Shown piece after piece: positions 27,581 through 37,089 of a stretch of DNA of 64,000 nucleotides. The stretch's first letter is position 1; each line of letters opens with the position of its first letter. A program made the translations under genes and the position numbers. Under the pieces are notes generated by a model. The model was given only the letters and a program-made list of their open reading frames with translations. It was not told where the DNA came from and did not search any database. This DNA comes from an uncultured Gammaproteobacteria bacterium (GTDB taxonomy: Bacteria; Patescibacteriota; Microgenomatia; UBA1406; HO2-37-13b): assembly GCA_964422025.1 (NCBI GenBank), contig CAYQYZ010000006.1:4157-68156 (forward strand), written 5' to 3'.

Positions 27581-29707
27581 ATGTCGTCTTTAGAAAAGCC
27601 AGGTCCACAAAAACATATTGAACCCGGATATTCAGCCATGTCGCCCGATGGGCGTACGCATACTGAGGTTTGGCATGCAGGTAAACCCGAAGCAAAAAGA
27701 ATCGTTGATACCCATGCATTTTTGGAAGATCCGAAACATCCTGATACCGTGAAGTGGCTTGCCCAGCAAAATGATTCAATGCAAGAATTTCTTGCGCAAG
27801 TAGATCCTGAAACATTGCTACGTATTCAGGAAAGCGTTGATAGGGCACATAACTACGAAGAAGCACCATGCCCAAACCCAAACGGTATGTATACCTACCA
27901 AACTCGGCAAAAACCAGGCCAAGTACAACCCGTACACTATTACTATTCAAAAGGCGATGATATAAATGGCGAAGGACACGTACTACTCGATCCAAATGAA
28001 GTGGATCCCGAAGGAAAGGTGTCGTTTAACTGGTATTACCCTGAAAAGGAAGGTAGATATGTTGCTTATGTACAAACCGATGCACGCACGAAAACACATA
28101 ATCTACGCGTACGCGATATCGCTACCGGCATAGATCTTGAAGAAAACATTCCTAACACCTCTCATACTTATGTTTCATGGCTACCCGATGCCTCTGGTTT
28201 TTATTATATGCGCTACCCCGATAGCGAAGGCATTGATACAAAAGATCCCCGTTACGTCCGTGGTACTTATTTCCATACATTAGGTACTTCAACCGAAGAA
28301 GATAAACTGGTTTATTCTACGGGTAATGTACAGGCAGGAAGCGCTTACGTATTTATACACCCAGACGGTGAGTACAAAGTCGCCGGAATACTGAGTCAAT
28401 ATGGAACAAAGCAAATGCTCATTTCACATTTTAATTACGAGACATCAACAGAAAATTTTACTGAAGTCTACAACCAACCAGACACAGATATTCAATATGT
28501 TGGTATAAACAACGGATATTTTTATGCAATTAAATCTGAACCTACCCGAAAAGCAGTATTAATACGTTTGAAACTTACCGATGGCCTTCATGAAGGAATG
28601 AACGATGAGTGGGAAGAACTCGCCGCAGCTGAGAATGACTTTATTGATAGCGCACAATTTATTGGTGATAAGCTCGTAATTAATTACTTATATAATGCTA
28701 CGTCTCGAATTTTCGTTGCTGATCCAAAAACTGGGCATACTTATGATCTTCAAATTCCTCCTATGACTACCGCAACTATAAAAGGCTCAGAAGACAGCAA
28801 TATTGCATATATGTCGGTTGAATCATTCATAACACCTCCGCAGTTATTTAAGGTGAACATTAGCACAGGCACAATTGAACCAATTCAAGAAAAACACGTT
28901 CCTTTTAATGAGGGCGATTTTACCACTGAGCAAGTAACCTATAAATCTGAAGATGATACCGATGTAGATATGTTTTTAGTCCAAAATAATACTGCTCGTG
29001 CAAACGGTGAAAAAAGATTAGTTATGAGCGTTTACGGTGGATTTAGACATAAAAGAACCCCCAAGTACGACCCGTTATTAGCCGCTGCTCTTGACCAGGG
29101 ATATATTCTTGCTGTACCTAACATTCGCGGTGGGGGAGAAAAAGGCACTCCATGGCACACGGCTGGCAGAGGACCAAATAAAGCGAATACCTTTAAAGAC
29201 GTATATGCAGCACGAGATTACTTAATTAATAATGGCATTACAACAAAATTGCAACTTGCACTAATTGGAAGAAGTGCCGGAGGACATGTAGCCAGCGTAG
29301 CCCTAACACAACGACCAGAACTTTGGGCTGCTGTTGTTGCCCATGCTCCTATAACCGATGCGGTGCATTTTAATTTAAGCGGGAAAGGTGGACCGTGGGT
29401 AGATGAATTTGGAGATCCAAACAAGCCTAAAGAATTTGCCTATTTACACAGTACATCTCCAATTCACAATGTGCACAACAATGTTTCTTACCCTCCTGCA
29501 TTATTTGTAACCGGAGATATAGATACAACAGTTGTACCACCTAATTCCTATAAATTAGTCGCTGAATTGCAAAAAGCCTCCGGAGCACAAAACAAAACCA
29601 TGCTTTATGTATATCCTGGTGGACACCGAGAGGGAATTCCAAAACCGGTAGAAAAAGCAACCGATACAACTAAATTAGTTTGGCTCAACGCACAATTAGA
29701 ATTGTAA
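27581..29707 (+). CDS. Prolyl oligopeptidase family serine peptidase (S9A)
   Basis: 708 aa with an N-terminal beta-propeller region. The C-terminal catalytic domain has GRSAGG (nucleophile elbow), GDIDTTV (Asp) and GGHREG (His). Confidence 0.85.
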   Translation: MSSLEKPGPQKHIEPGYSAMSPDGRTHTEVWHAGKPEAKRIVDTHAFLEDPKHPDTVKWLAQQNDSMQEFLAQVDPETLLRIQESVDRAHNYEEAPCPNPNGMYTYQTRQKPGQVQPVHYYYSKGDDINGEGHVLLDPNEVDPEGKVSFNWYYPEKEGRYVAYVQTDARTKTHNLRVRDIATGIDLEENIPNTSHTYVSWLPDASGFYYMRYPDSEGIDTKDPRYVRGTYFHTLGTSTEEDKLVYSTGNVQAGSAYVFIHPDGEYKVAGILSQYGTKQMLISHFNYETSTENFTEVYNQPDTDIQYVGINNGYFYAIKSEPTRKAVLIRLKLTDGLHEGMNDEWEELAAAENDFIDSAQFIGDKLVINYLYNATSRIFVADPKTGHTYDLQIPPMTTATIKGSEDSNIAYMSVESFITPPQLFKVNISTGTIEPIQEKHVPFNEGDFTTEQVTYKSEDDTDVDMFLVQNNTARANGEKRLVMSVYGGFRHKRTPKYDPLLAAALDQGYILAVPNIRGGGEKGTPWHTAGRGPNKANTFKDVYAARDYLINNGITTKLQLALIGRSAGGHVASVALTQRPELWAAVVAHAPITDAVHFNLSGKGGPWVDEFGDPNKPKEFAYLHSTSPIHNVHNNVSYPPALFVTGDIDTTVVPPNSYKLVAELQKASGAQNKTMLYVYPGGHREGIPKPVEKATDTTKLVWLNAQLEL

Positions 29708-29749
29708 TTGAAAGACAACCAGAGCATCCTATTCTGTTAAAATGTATTA

Positions 29750-30166
29750 ATGGACACAATGCCAATCACAATCCTTGCCACAATAAACGCTCCATTAACC
29801 AAAGTGTGGGATTATTGGAACAATCCCGAACACGTTATGAAATGGGCGTTTGCGAGTGACGATTGGGAAGCTCCGGCTGCTTCAAATGACTTACGAGTCG
29901 GTGGGAAATTTTCTACTACAATGGCTGCAAAGGATAAAAGCGCTAGTTTTGAATTTGAAGGAGTATATTCTGTTGTAGATCCTCAATCTCGCATTGAATA
30001 TGATATGTCCGACGGTCGCCATGTGACTATCATCTTTGAACAAGTAGGGGAGAGCGTGCACGTAACACAAACGTTTGATCCTGAAACCCAAAATTCCCGG
30101 GAATTGCAACAACAAGGCTGGCAATCAATTCTGGATAACTTCAAAAAATACGTGGAAAGTAATTAA
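29750..30166 (+). CDS. SRPBCC superfamily protein (AHSA1/Aha1-like)
   Basis: 138 aa. INAPLTKVWDYWNNPEHVMKW...FEFEGVYSVVDPQSRIEY...GWQSILDNFKKYVE is typical of activator-of-Hsp90-ATPase-homolog-like SRPBCC proteins. Confidence 0.7.
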   Translation: MDTMPITILATINAPLTKVWDYWNNPEHVMKWAFASDDWEAPAASNDLRVGGKFSTTMAAKDKSASFEFEGVYSVVDPQSRIEYDMSDGRHVTIIFEQVGESVHVTQTFDPETQNSRELQQQGWQSILDNFKKYVESN

Positions 30167-30169
30167 GCT

Positions 30170-30251
30170 TCGCAATGGCCTAGTGCAGCGATTTACTAAA
30201 CCGCCGTCCGCCTCAAGCGGACCGCAAGCTCAAATCTCGCCATCTCCACCA
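30170..30251 (+). pseudogene. 5'-truncated, diverged copy of the tRNA-Ser(ACU) gene (lacks the 5' acceptor strand)
   Basis: Aligns to positions 8-76 plus CCA of 27447..27534 at about 80% identity by eye. It keeps the tttACTaaaccgcc anticodon arm and has a compensated variable arm (gtccgc/gcggac). A-C mismatches occur in the anticodon and T stems. The expected 5' strand ggagatg is replaced by ttaagct. Confidence 0.65.
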
Positions 30252-30329
30252 ATAAATATCTCAAGCTTGCTTATTTAAAAATACTGAGTAGGAATTGTTT
30301 TTACACGAAATATCCTTTACCATATTTAC

Positions 30330-31062
30330 ATGCCTATTTTTGCCAATTTTAATCAGTATTTTTACTTTATTGGCGCCTCAATAATGTTGCCTGTTTGGAT
30401 AATCTTATTTTCAAATAAAGCGTACCGCAGACGCATGATAATTGTTGGCATCATTATTGGAATAGGGGCAACCATTATTGAACACACATATGCATTAGCA
30501 GATTATTGGAGACCTATTTACCTTTTTCCTCATTTTCCTTTCGAAGATTTTTATTATGGATTTGTTTTTGGAGGGATTTCTACTGCGTTTAGTGAATTTT
30601 TATTTAATAAAAGAGATTCTAAAAAAAGAACATACCCTGCTTATCAAAAATTGATTATTTTATTTACTCTACTTACAACATTATGCTTCTTGTATTTTGT
30701 TCATTTTTTACAGTTAAATTCAATTGTTGCTCATATTACCCCCCCCCATTTTACTTGGCCTAACAGTATTAATAATAAGAAAGGACCTTTTCTTTTACGC
30801 CTGCAGCAATGGTATTCTAACTGCAGGACTAACTTTAATCATGTTCTTGATCTTGAAATCATTATATCCGCAAATTTTTCAAAATCACTGGTACCTAGAA
30901 AATCTTTCTCAACATTTTATTTTGACAATACCAATTGAAGAAATTCTCTTTGGATTTGCCATGGGATTTGGTCTTGGATGCGCATATGAATTGATTAACG
31001 GATACTCGGAAATTACCAACATACAATTAAAGAAAAAAAGAATGAGAAGATTTAAGAAATAA
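30330..31062 (+). pseudogene. Lycopene cyclase domain-containing membrane protein, split by a frameshift at a C9 homopolymer (30740-30748)
   Basis: ORFs 30330..30938 and 30724..31062 overlap in different frames. The sensible sequence switches frame at the C run (..LNSIVAHI / PPPILLGLTVLIIRKDLFFYACSNG..). The two halves carry FPFEDFYYGF and IPIEEILFGF (PxE(E/D)xxF repeats). Confidence 0.6.
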
Positions 31063-31085
31063 TCAGAAAGCGCCCAATCTTCGCT

Positions 31086-31907
31086 TCATTCATCCGCAAC
31101 TGCAAGTCCTTTGTTTCGGAAGTATACATACCATACCATAACGCTTGTGTAGAGTACGTAGAGCGAAATTTGGAGCATGTCCATGTTCTTGGTTATTCCA
31201 AAGATTGCTTTAACCATATCGGCCATGAACGCATTGGCTGGCACAAATGGGATTCCTACATATGAGAATTCAGGAATTAACCCAACTTCTGCAAATTCAT
31301 GTACACCTCGGGCTAATAAACCGGCTGCAAATAAAATCAAGAGTCCGCTCGTTACTCGGAACGCGTAATACACAGGCAAACGGAGTGTTGCACCAAAGAG
31401 CGCAAGTGAGACCAAGAGTCCTCCAACGAGTCCGGCACTGAATCCGGTGAATACCTGTTGTGGGCTTGATGAAAAATAAATGGTTGTTAAGAACAAAACG
31501 ATCTCAATTCCTTCTCGAAAAACAGCAGTAAAAGCCAAAATAAAAAGTCCTTTTTGCTCTTCTTTTTCAACAATTGCTTGCACTTTTTGCAAAAGTCTTA
31601 CTTTGTAACGCGAAAAGTATTTATGTAAAAAGAACACTGCCCACGTAATAAATACTGCTGATGTGATCATGAGAATTCCTTCAATTATCTCTTCTACTTT
31701 CCCGGTGTAAATTTTTTGAATTTGAAATCCAAATACACTTCCCGCAACTAAAAGAAGTATGGAAGTTAGTGCGGCGCATGTTGTTGCAAACCACACCGTT
31801 TTAATTCCTTTGGTCTGATTTAGTTTAGTAAGAATTCCTAAAATAGTGGCGACAATGAGCGAGGCTTCAATAACTTCGCGGAAGGTGATAAGAAATGCTG
31901 GTAGCAT
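31086..31907 (-). CDS. FTR1/EfeU family high-affinity iron permease
   Basis: Two RExxE motifs (FREVIEASL, FREGIEIVLF) in a 7-TM protein. Confidence 0.8.
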   Translation of the reverse strand: MLPAFLITFREVIEASLIVATILGILTKLNQTKGIKTVWFATTCAALTSILLLVAGSVFGFQIQKIYTGKVEEIIEGILMITSAVFITWAVFFLHKYFSRYKVRLLQKVQAIVEKEEQKGLFILAFTAVFREGIEIVLFLTTIYFSSSPQQVFTGFSAGLVGGLLVSLALFGATLRLPVYYAFRVTSGLLILFAAGLLARGVHEFAEVGLIPEFSYVGIPFVPANAFMADMVKAIFGITKNMDMLQISLYVLYTSVMVWYVYFRNKGLAVADE

Positions 31908-31956
31908 AGAGCGTCAGTATAAAGAATTTCGCCAATAATTTCAATGGGCCAATGTC

Positions 31957-33405
31957 ATGCTATACTTGAAACTTATGAAACTGGACGATGCAAAAAAAAT
32001 TGTTTTTGAAAAAAAGCCGGCATTTGCAACTCTGTATAACGAGTGGGGGAATACAACGTGGACGGAATATGCGGATAAAAATTATCCAAAAAAGGCTGTT
32101 ACCGAGCTCCCAGAAGAGTTTTTAGAGGCTTTCAGGAACGTACTAAACTCGTCGCTGGACGAATCTACGGTTACTACAGCTCTCGCCACTCTCCAAAAAA
32201 CCAACTTTGTAAGCACCGCCGATCATCATGGAATTTTGTGCCATCCTTTTTTTTCAAATAATACGATTCTGCGATCGAGTAGGGAAGACGCGGTTATTTC
32301 ACTTACCTGTGGAGGAATTTCATTAACCAATTCTTCATATCCTCGAGGAATTTTTTTCCATGATAAAAATTTGAATGAAATTCGTATGCCATTTGTTTCT
32401 CGAAAAACGGGAAATTTGCCCGTGTACGGACACGAACCGATTACAAAAAAGCAGTTGCAGAGCCACAAAAAAATGGCTCGATTTATGGACATATCAAAAC
32501 AAGCTCGCAAAAATTTGATGATTTTTTTTGATGCTCTTGTAACGGATGAAAAAATGTGGGAACTTGCTTCTCTCAGCGATCAATTCACTCGAATAAATAG
32601 TATTCTATGGCACCAGCTTTTTGGAGAAGGTAAAAATCTTATTTATGTTAGTTGTGAGGATGTGGTGAGGGAGCTACTATTGAAAATCCATTTAGTAAAA
32701 AAGACGCCGATGCACGATTTACTCTTCGACCCAAGCGTACGAGAGCGGTACATTGAGAATTTTAATGGAATAACCGGTGCCCATTCCGGGCAGGAGTACG
32801 GAACGCATTTTTTTTGGCATATTAAACATGAACATCACACGAGGGTCCCGTTATGGATACACGGAGATGAGCTCGTTTCGCCGGATAATCATGTTAAAAT
32901 CAGCTTTGATACAGGCTCTATTACCCAAGGCTTAAACCATAGAACACTCCTTCCAAGTACCGCGCTTTGTTATAGCATTCTTTCGTTTTACTATGGTCTC
33001 ACGCTCGGTGGGGGATTCTCGCAAATTCAGTACTTGGGAGAGATGAAAGAAGCATATGAAAAAACAGTACATCATCCTGAAAAGGAGTCGGATCATTCTG
33101 AGCCCTTCGATTACTCTCAGGGTAAACTCCGCGAAGGATCTCAGTCAGAGATACAAACAAACATCTTCACCGGCGAATGCGTTCAATTAGGGCTCACTGA
33201 TGGCAAAAAAACAGTACCCGCCACACTCTTTGATATACTGTTATGGAACAGGGGGGACATCACGCAACTCTATGAGAGCTTTAAGACTGCTCCTCTGCAA
33301 GCATCCCTCGACCTTATGATGCCCGAATACGTGCAAATAGTAACCGGAAAAAGACCAGTTATTTCCGATTTACCCGAAATTCCAAAAACGCTGTATGTCG
33401 ACTAA
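31957..33405 (+). CDS. Hypothetical protein (482 aa), translationally coupled to the downstream ATP-grasp gene
   Basis: Long ORF with no recognisable family. It contains an in-frame repeat-element insertion and overlaps the next gene by 11 nt. Confidence 0.6.
   Translation: MLYLKLMKLDDAKKIVFEKKPAFATLYNEWGNTTWTEYADKNYPKKAVTELPEEFLEAFRNVLNSSLDESTVTTALATLQKTNFVSTADHHGILCHPFFSNNTILRSSREDAVISLTCGGISLTNSSYPRGIFFHDKNLNEIRMPFVSRKTGNLPVYGHEPITKKQLQSHKKMARFMDISKQARKNLMIFFDALVTDEKMWELASLSDQFTRINSILWHQLFGEGKNLIYVSCEDVVRELLLKIHLVKKTPMHDLLFDPSVRERYIENFNGITGAHSGQEYGTHFFWHIKHEHHTRVPLWIHGDELVSPDNHVKISFDTGSITQGLNHRTLLPSTALCYSILSFYYGLTLGGGFSQIQYLGEMKEAYEKTVHHPEKESDHSEPFDYSQGKLREGSQSEIQTNIFTGECVQLGLTDGKKTVPATLFDILLWNRGDITQLYESFKTAPLQASLDLMMPEYVQIVTGKRPVISDLPEIPKTLYVD
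33091..33146 (+). repeat. Long variant of the hairpin repeat element, in frame in CDS 31957..33405
   Basis: gatcattctgagcccttcgattactctcagggtaaactccgcgaaggatctcagtc, translated as SDHSEPFDYSQGKLREGSQS. The ends match the short element, and the centre carries a 27-nt insert. Confidence 0.65.
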
Positions 33406-34591
33406 CAGTTGTCCTTATTGTGGAAACAATCCGGTAAACCACCGAGCTATGAAGTTGGCGGAAAGTATAGATCTGCTATTGACTCCCATGCTTTTGGGTA
33501 TGAACAGATTCCATCACCCGATTATAGATAAAGTTATTTTTACGACCATTAAACTCTCGGTTTTCCCTCTAAAATACTTGGGAGTGTGGAGTTTTCACGA
33601 GGATATTTCCAAGGCTCGTTCGGATCGTTCAAAAGTTATTTGGAACGAGGCACAAAAAAGGGGAATCCGCATGCAGGGAATTTCAGTATGGGGCAAACCA
33701 ATCGAGCAATATCGAGCCCACGTAGAAGGAAAGTGGCGCTATTTTGAAAGTCTCCCGATACCTCCTCATTACAATCAGCATACTTTTACATGGATCGACG
33801 ACAAAGCAAAACTTCGTGCATATTTACAAAAAAACAACATCTCCGTGGCGCACGGAGGATATGCAAAAACATTTAAAGAGGCAGTGCAAATCTTTAAGAC
33901 CGGGACTCCACCATTTATTGTAAAACCCCGCACCGGATCCCGCGGCCGGCATACTACAACCTATATATATACTGAAAAGGAGCTTAAGGAGGCTTTCACG
34001 ATTGCCAAACAACTTTGTTATTCCGTAATTGTCGAAGAACACTTGCAGGGAAGTGTGTATCGGGGAACATACGTAAATGGGGAAGTCGTAGGAGTGTTGC
34101 GGGGGGATGTGGCCCATATTGTAGGAGACGGAAAGAGCTCAGTAAAGGAGCTTATTTCCAAAAAAAACTCCTCTAAACACGCCCAGGTCTCAAATGTTAC
34201 CATCACTCCAAAACTCAAAGATTTTCTTGCCCGTCAAAAACTCTCACTCTCAACTGTACTAAAGAGAGGACAGAAAGTGGCGCTTTCCGAAAAAATCGGC
34301 GTTGAATACGGCGGATTTCGAGCAGAAATGCTACCTCAAACGCATCCTAAAATTCTTAAATACCTAAAAAAAGCAGGGGACAGTATCGGTTGCATAGTAG
34401 TTGGCTTTGACTTTATAATCAATGATGTAACAGCTGATCCGGATACCCAAAAATGGGGGATTATCGAAGCAAATTCGCTCCCATTTATCGATTTGCACCA
34501 TACGCCCCTTGCAGGTGCATCTATTAATGTAGCAGCAAAAATTTGGAATTTATGGACACTTCCACAACACGTCCGCCCGAAGGCGGATTAA
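33395..34591 (+). CDS. ATP-grasp domain protein (cyanophycin-synthetase-N/RimK-like ligase) with an N-terminal CxxC
   Basis: FIVKPRTGSRGRHTTTYIYTEKELKEAF...VIVEEHLQGSVYRGTYVNGEVVGVL...GIIEANSLP is typical ATP-grasp core. CPYCGN lies at the N-terminus. Confidence 0.65.
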   Translation: MSTNSCPYCGNNPVNHRAMKLAESIDLLLTPMLLGMNRFHHPIIDKVIFTTIKLSVFPLKYLGVWSFHEDISKARSDRSKVIWNEAQKRGIRMQGISVWGKPIEQYRAHVEGKWRYFESLPIPPHYNQHTFTWIDDKAKLRAYLQKNNISVAHGGYAKTFKEAVQIFKTGTPPFIVKPRTGSRGRHTTTYIYTEKELKEAFTIAKQLCYSVIVEEHLQGSVYRGTYVNGEVVGVLRGDVAHIVGDGKSSVKELISKKNSSKHAQVSNVTITPKLKDFLARQKLSLSTVLKRGQKVALSEKIGVEYGGFRAEMLPQTHPKILKYLKKAGDSIGCIVVGFDFIINDVTADPDTQKWGIIEANSLPFIDLHHTPLAGASINVAAKIWNLWTLPQHVRPKAD

Positions 34592-37089
34592 CCCAAGAAC
34601 ACGCAGAAAAGCTATTACTCCAATATGGAAAGAATGAATTAAAAGACAACTCAGGACCAACTCCGTTGATCATTTTTGTTTCCCAATTTAAAAGCATTTT
34701 AATTTTATTACTCATAATAGCGGCGGTCGCATCTATTACATTAAACGACGTCGTTGATGGGTTACTTATTCTCGGAATTGTACTTTTAAATGCAACATTT
34801 GGGTTCGTTCAAGAGTATAAAGCACAAAAATCAATTCAGGCACTCAAAAAACTAACTGTTGCGCAGGTGCGAGTAAAACGGGGTGGGGAAGAGCGCGAAA
34901 TTCCAAGCTCAATGCTCGTTCCGGGCGATATTATTGTGCTTGAGGAGGGGAATAGAATTCCCGCCGATTGTGTACTCGTCGAAAGTGCACATTTTGAAGT
35001 AAATGAAGCCGCGCTTACCGGTGAATCATTATCAGTCGAAAAAAATCTCTCAAATCCGCAGGAATCTCGAATTTATTTGGGAACGACCGTTACGAAAGGC
35101 CGAGCGCTTGCCCAAGTAGTTACTACCGGCATGCGAACGAAGTTTGGGGAAATTGCTGCATCACTTGCCCGCATGCCCGAAGAACAAACTACTACGCAAA
35201 AACGGCTCGCAACACTAGGAACCCAGCTAGGGTTTTTGGCTTTAGCAGCAAGCGGTATCGTATTCACCTTGGGCTACTTGCGCGGGCAACCGATTGTAGA
35301 GCTATTACTGACCAGTATCAGTTTAGCTGTAGCCGCAGTTCCCGAAGGATTGCCAGCGGTCATTATCGTTACACTTGCCGTAGGAATGCAACGCATGGCT
35401 AAAAAGAAAGCAATTCTACGTAAATTAGCCGCTATTGAATCGCTTGGCAGCACAACTCTCATCGCGACCGATAAAACCGGAACGCTTACAAAAAATGAAA
35501 TGTGCGTTTCAAAGGCCTGGTATGAAGGGGAAAAAACGTTGCAACACCTCTTGCAGGTCGGAGTTTTGTGTAATAACGCACAGCTTATTTTTAAGCATAA
35601 TCATGGGTCATATGATGTACTCGGAGATACAACTGAGGGCGCCTTATTGCTTTTCGCTCATAAACATGGACTTATTGAAAACGAAGCAAAGTCCCACGGG
35701 GAGATTGTTGAAGAATTTCCATTTGACCCGACAGTCAAAATAATGTCAGTCGTATGGAAACAGGGGAGTAAGCTGCAATTACTTACTAAGGGAGCTCCCG
35801 AGTCGTTGTTGGAGCGTTCATCCAAAATTCTCATTAATGGGAAAGTACACACTCTTACGAGCGAGAAAAGAGCGCAAATTGAGAAAGAATTTACTGCATT
35901 TGCTAAACAGGGCCTACGTATTATCGCACTAACATCCAAAGAGCTTCACAGCAAGCCGACTAATAGAGCGTTAGCCGAGAAAGATCTAACATTTTTGGGG
36001 TTTGTGGGTATAAGCGATCCTCCGCGTGAAGAAGTAGCTTCTGCTATTGCCATGGCTCGCAAAGCAGGAATCAAAACAGTCATGATTACGGGCGATAATG
36101 AGCTTACCGCAAATGCAATTGCGACCCATATTGGATTGATTCAGGAGAATGAGGAAATTATTACCGGCAAACAGCTTCAGGAACTTTCAGAGTCCGAAAT
36201 TTTGGCAAAACTCGACAAAATTCGAGTGTTCGCGCGCACTACCCCTGACCAAAAGGTGTATATTGTGCAGTTATTTCAAAAATTAGGCCATATTGTGGCA
36301 GTTACGGGCGATGGGGTAAATGACGCGCTTGCGCTTAAACAAGCGCATGTAGGAGTCGCTATGGGCATTACGGGAACCGATGTAGCCAAAGAAGCCGCCG
36401 ATATGGTTATTACGGACGATAATTACGCAACAATTGTGGCTGCAGTGTACGAAGGAAGAATTATTTTTAACAACATAAAATCGACCATTAAGTATTTAAT
36501 AGGGAGCAATTTAGGAGAAGTTGCTATTACGGTTATTGCAGTTGCATTGGGTTGGCCGCTTATTTTCACTCCGATTCACTTGTTGTATATCAATTTGGTT
36601 TCCGACGGCCTGCCTGCGCTTGCTTTGGCGCTCAATTCTGCGCCCACCGGCAACATTCAAACGTCTAAGCCTTCACGACTCCAAACATTTGATCGGTTCG
36701 ATGCGTGGTGGTTTCTGGAAGTTAACGTAGCTACGGTGCTGGTTACTCTTGGAGCGTTTATAATTGGAAATGCAACCAACATTGAAACGGGGCGCACGCT
36801 TGCATTTACTACATTTATTTTTGCGCAAACACTTGTGCTGCTCGATGTATGGCTTGCTCAACGCTCGGTGCTTCGCACCTCGCTCGTTCAGAGCAACATC
36901 TTTTTACTAGCATTCTTCCTACCTATCGCCATGCAATTTGCGTTGCTTTACTTTTCACCCCTTACCCGGCTCTTTAGCCTTGCGCCACTGGCTAGCAATC
37001 ATTTACTACTCGCTTTTTTACTAGCAAGCGTTTTATTGCTTGTTTCAGAATCACGCAAGGCGTTTGGTCAAAAATTATTCTACAATTAA
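34543..37089 (+). CDS. Cation-transporting P-type ATPase (type II, Ca2+/Mg2+-like)
   Basis: TGES, DKTGTLT phosphorylation site, TGDN, VTGDGVNDALALK, and 8-10 TM helices. The start may be ATG 34552. Confidence 0.9.
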   Translation: MEFMDTSTTRPPEGGLTQEHAEKLLLQYGKNELKDNSGPTPLIIFVSQFKSILILLLIIAAVASITLNDVVDGLLILGIVLLNATFGFVQEYKAQKSIQALKKLTVAQVRVKRGGEEREIPSSMLVPGDIIVLEEGNRIPADCVLVESAHFEVNEAALTGESLSVEKNLSNPQESRIYLGTTVTKGRALAQVVTTGMRTKFGEIAASLARMPEEQTTTQKRLATLGTQLGFLALAASGIVFTLGYLRGQPIVELLLTSISLAVAAVPEGLPAVIIVTLAVGMQRMAKKKAILRKLAAIESLGSTTLIATDKTGTLTKNEMCVSKAWYEGEKTLQHLLQVGVLCNNAQLIFKHNHGSYDVLGDTTEGALLLFAHKHGLIENEAKSHGEIVEEFPFDPTVKIMSVVWKQGSKLQLLTKGAPESLLERSSKILINGKVHTLTSEKRAQIEKEFTAFAKQGLRIIALTSKELHSKPTNRALAEKDLTFLGFVGISDPPREEVASAIAMARKAGIKTVMITGDNELTANAIATHIGLIQENEEIITGKQLQELSESEILAKLDKIRVFARTTPDQKVYIVQLFQKLGHIVAVTGDGVNDALALKQAHVGVAMGITGTDVAKEAADMVITDDNYATIVAAVYEGRIIFNNIKSTIKYLIGSNLGEVAITVIAVALGWPLIFTPIHLLYINLVSDGLPALALALNSAPTGNIQTSKPSRLQTFDRFDAWWFLEVNVATVLVTLGAFIIGNATNIETGRTLAFTTFIFAQTLVLLDVWLAQRSVLRTSLVQSNIFLLAFFLPIAMQFALLYFSPLTRLFSLAPLASNHLLLAFLLASVLLLVSESRKAFGQKLFYN

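Noticed and set aside
27513-27995. 160-aa minus-strand ORF overlapping tRNA-Ser(ACU) and the start of the prolyl oligopeptidase gene
   Set aside because: It is antisense to a well-supported peptidase gene and to a tRNA. It has no motifs and is most likely spurious.
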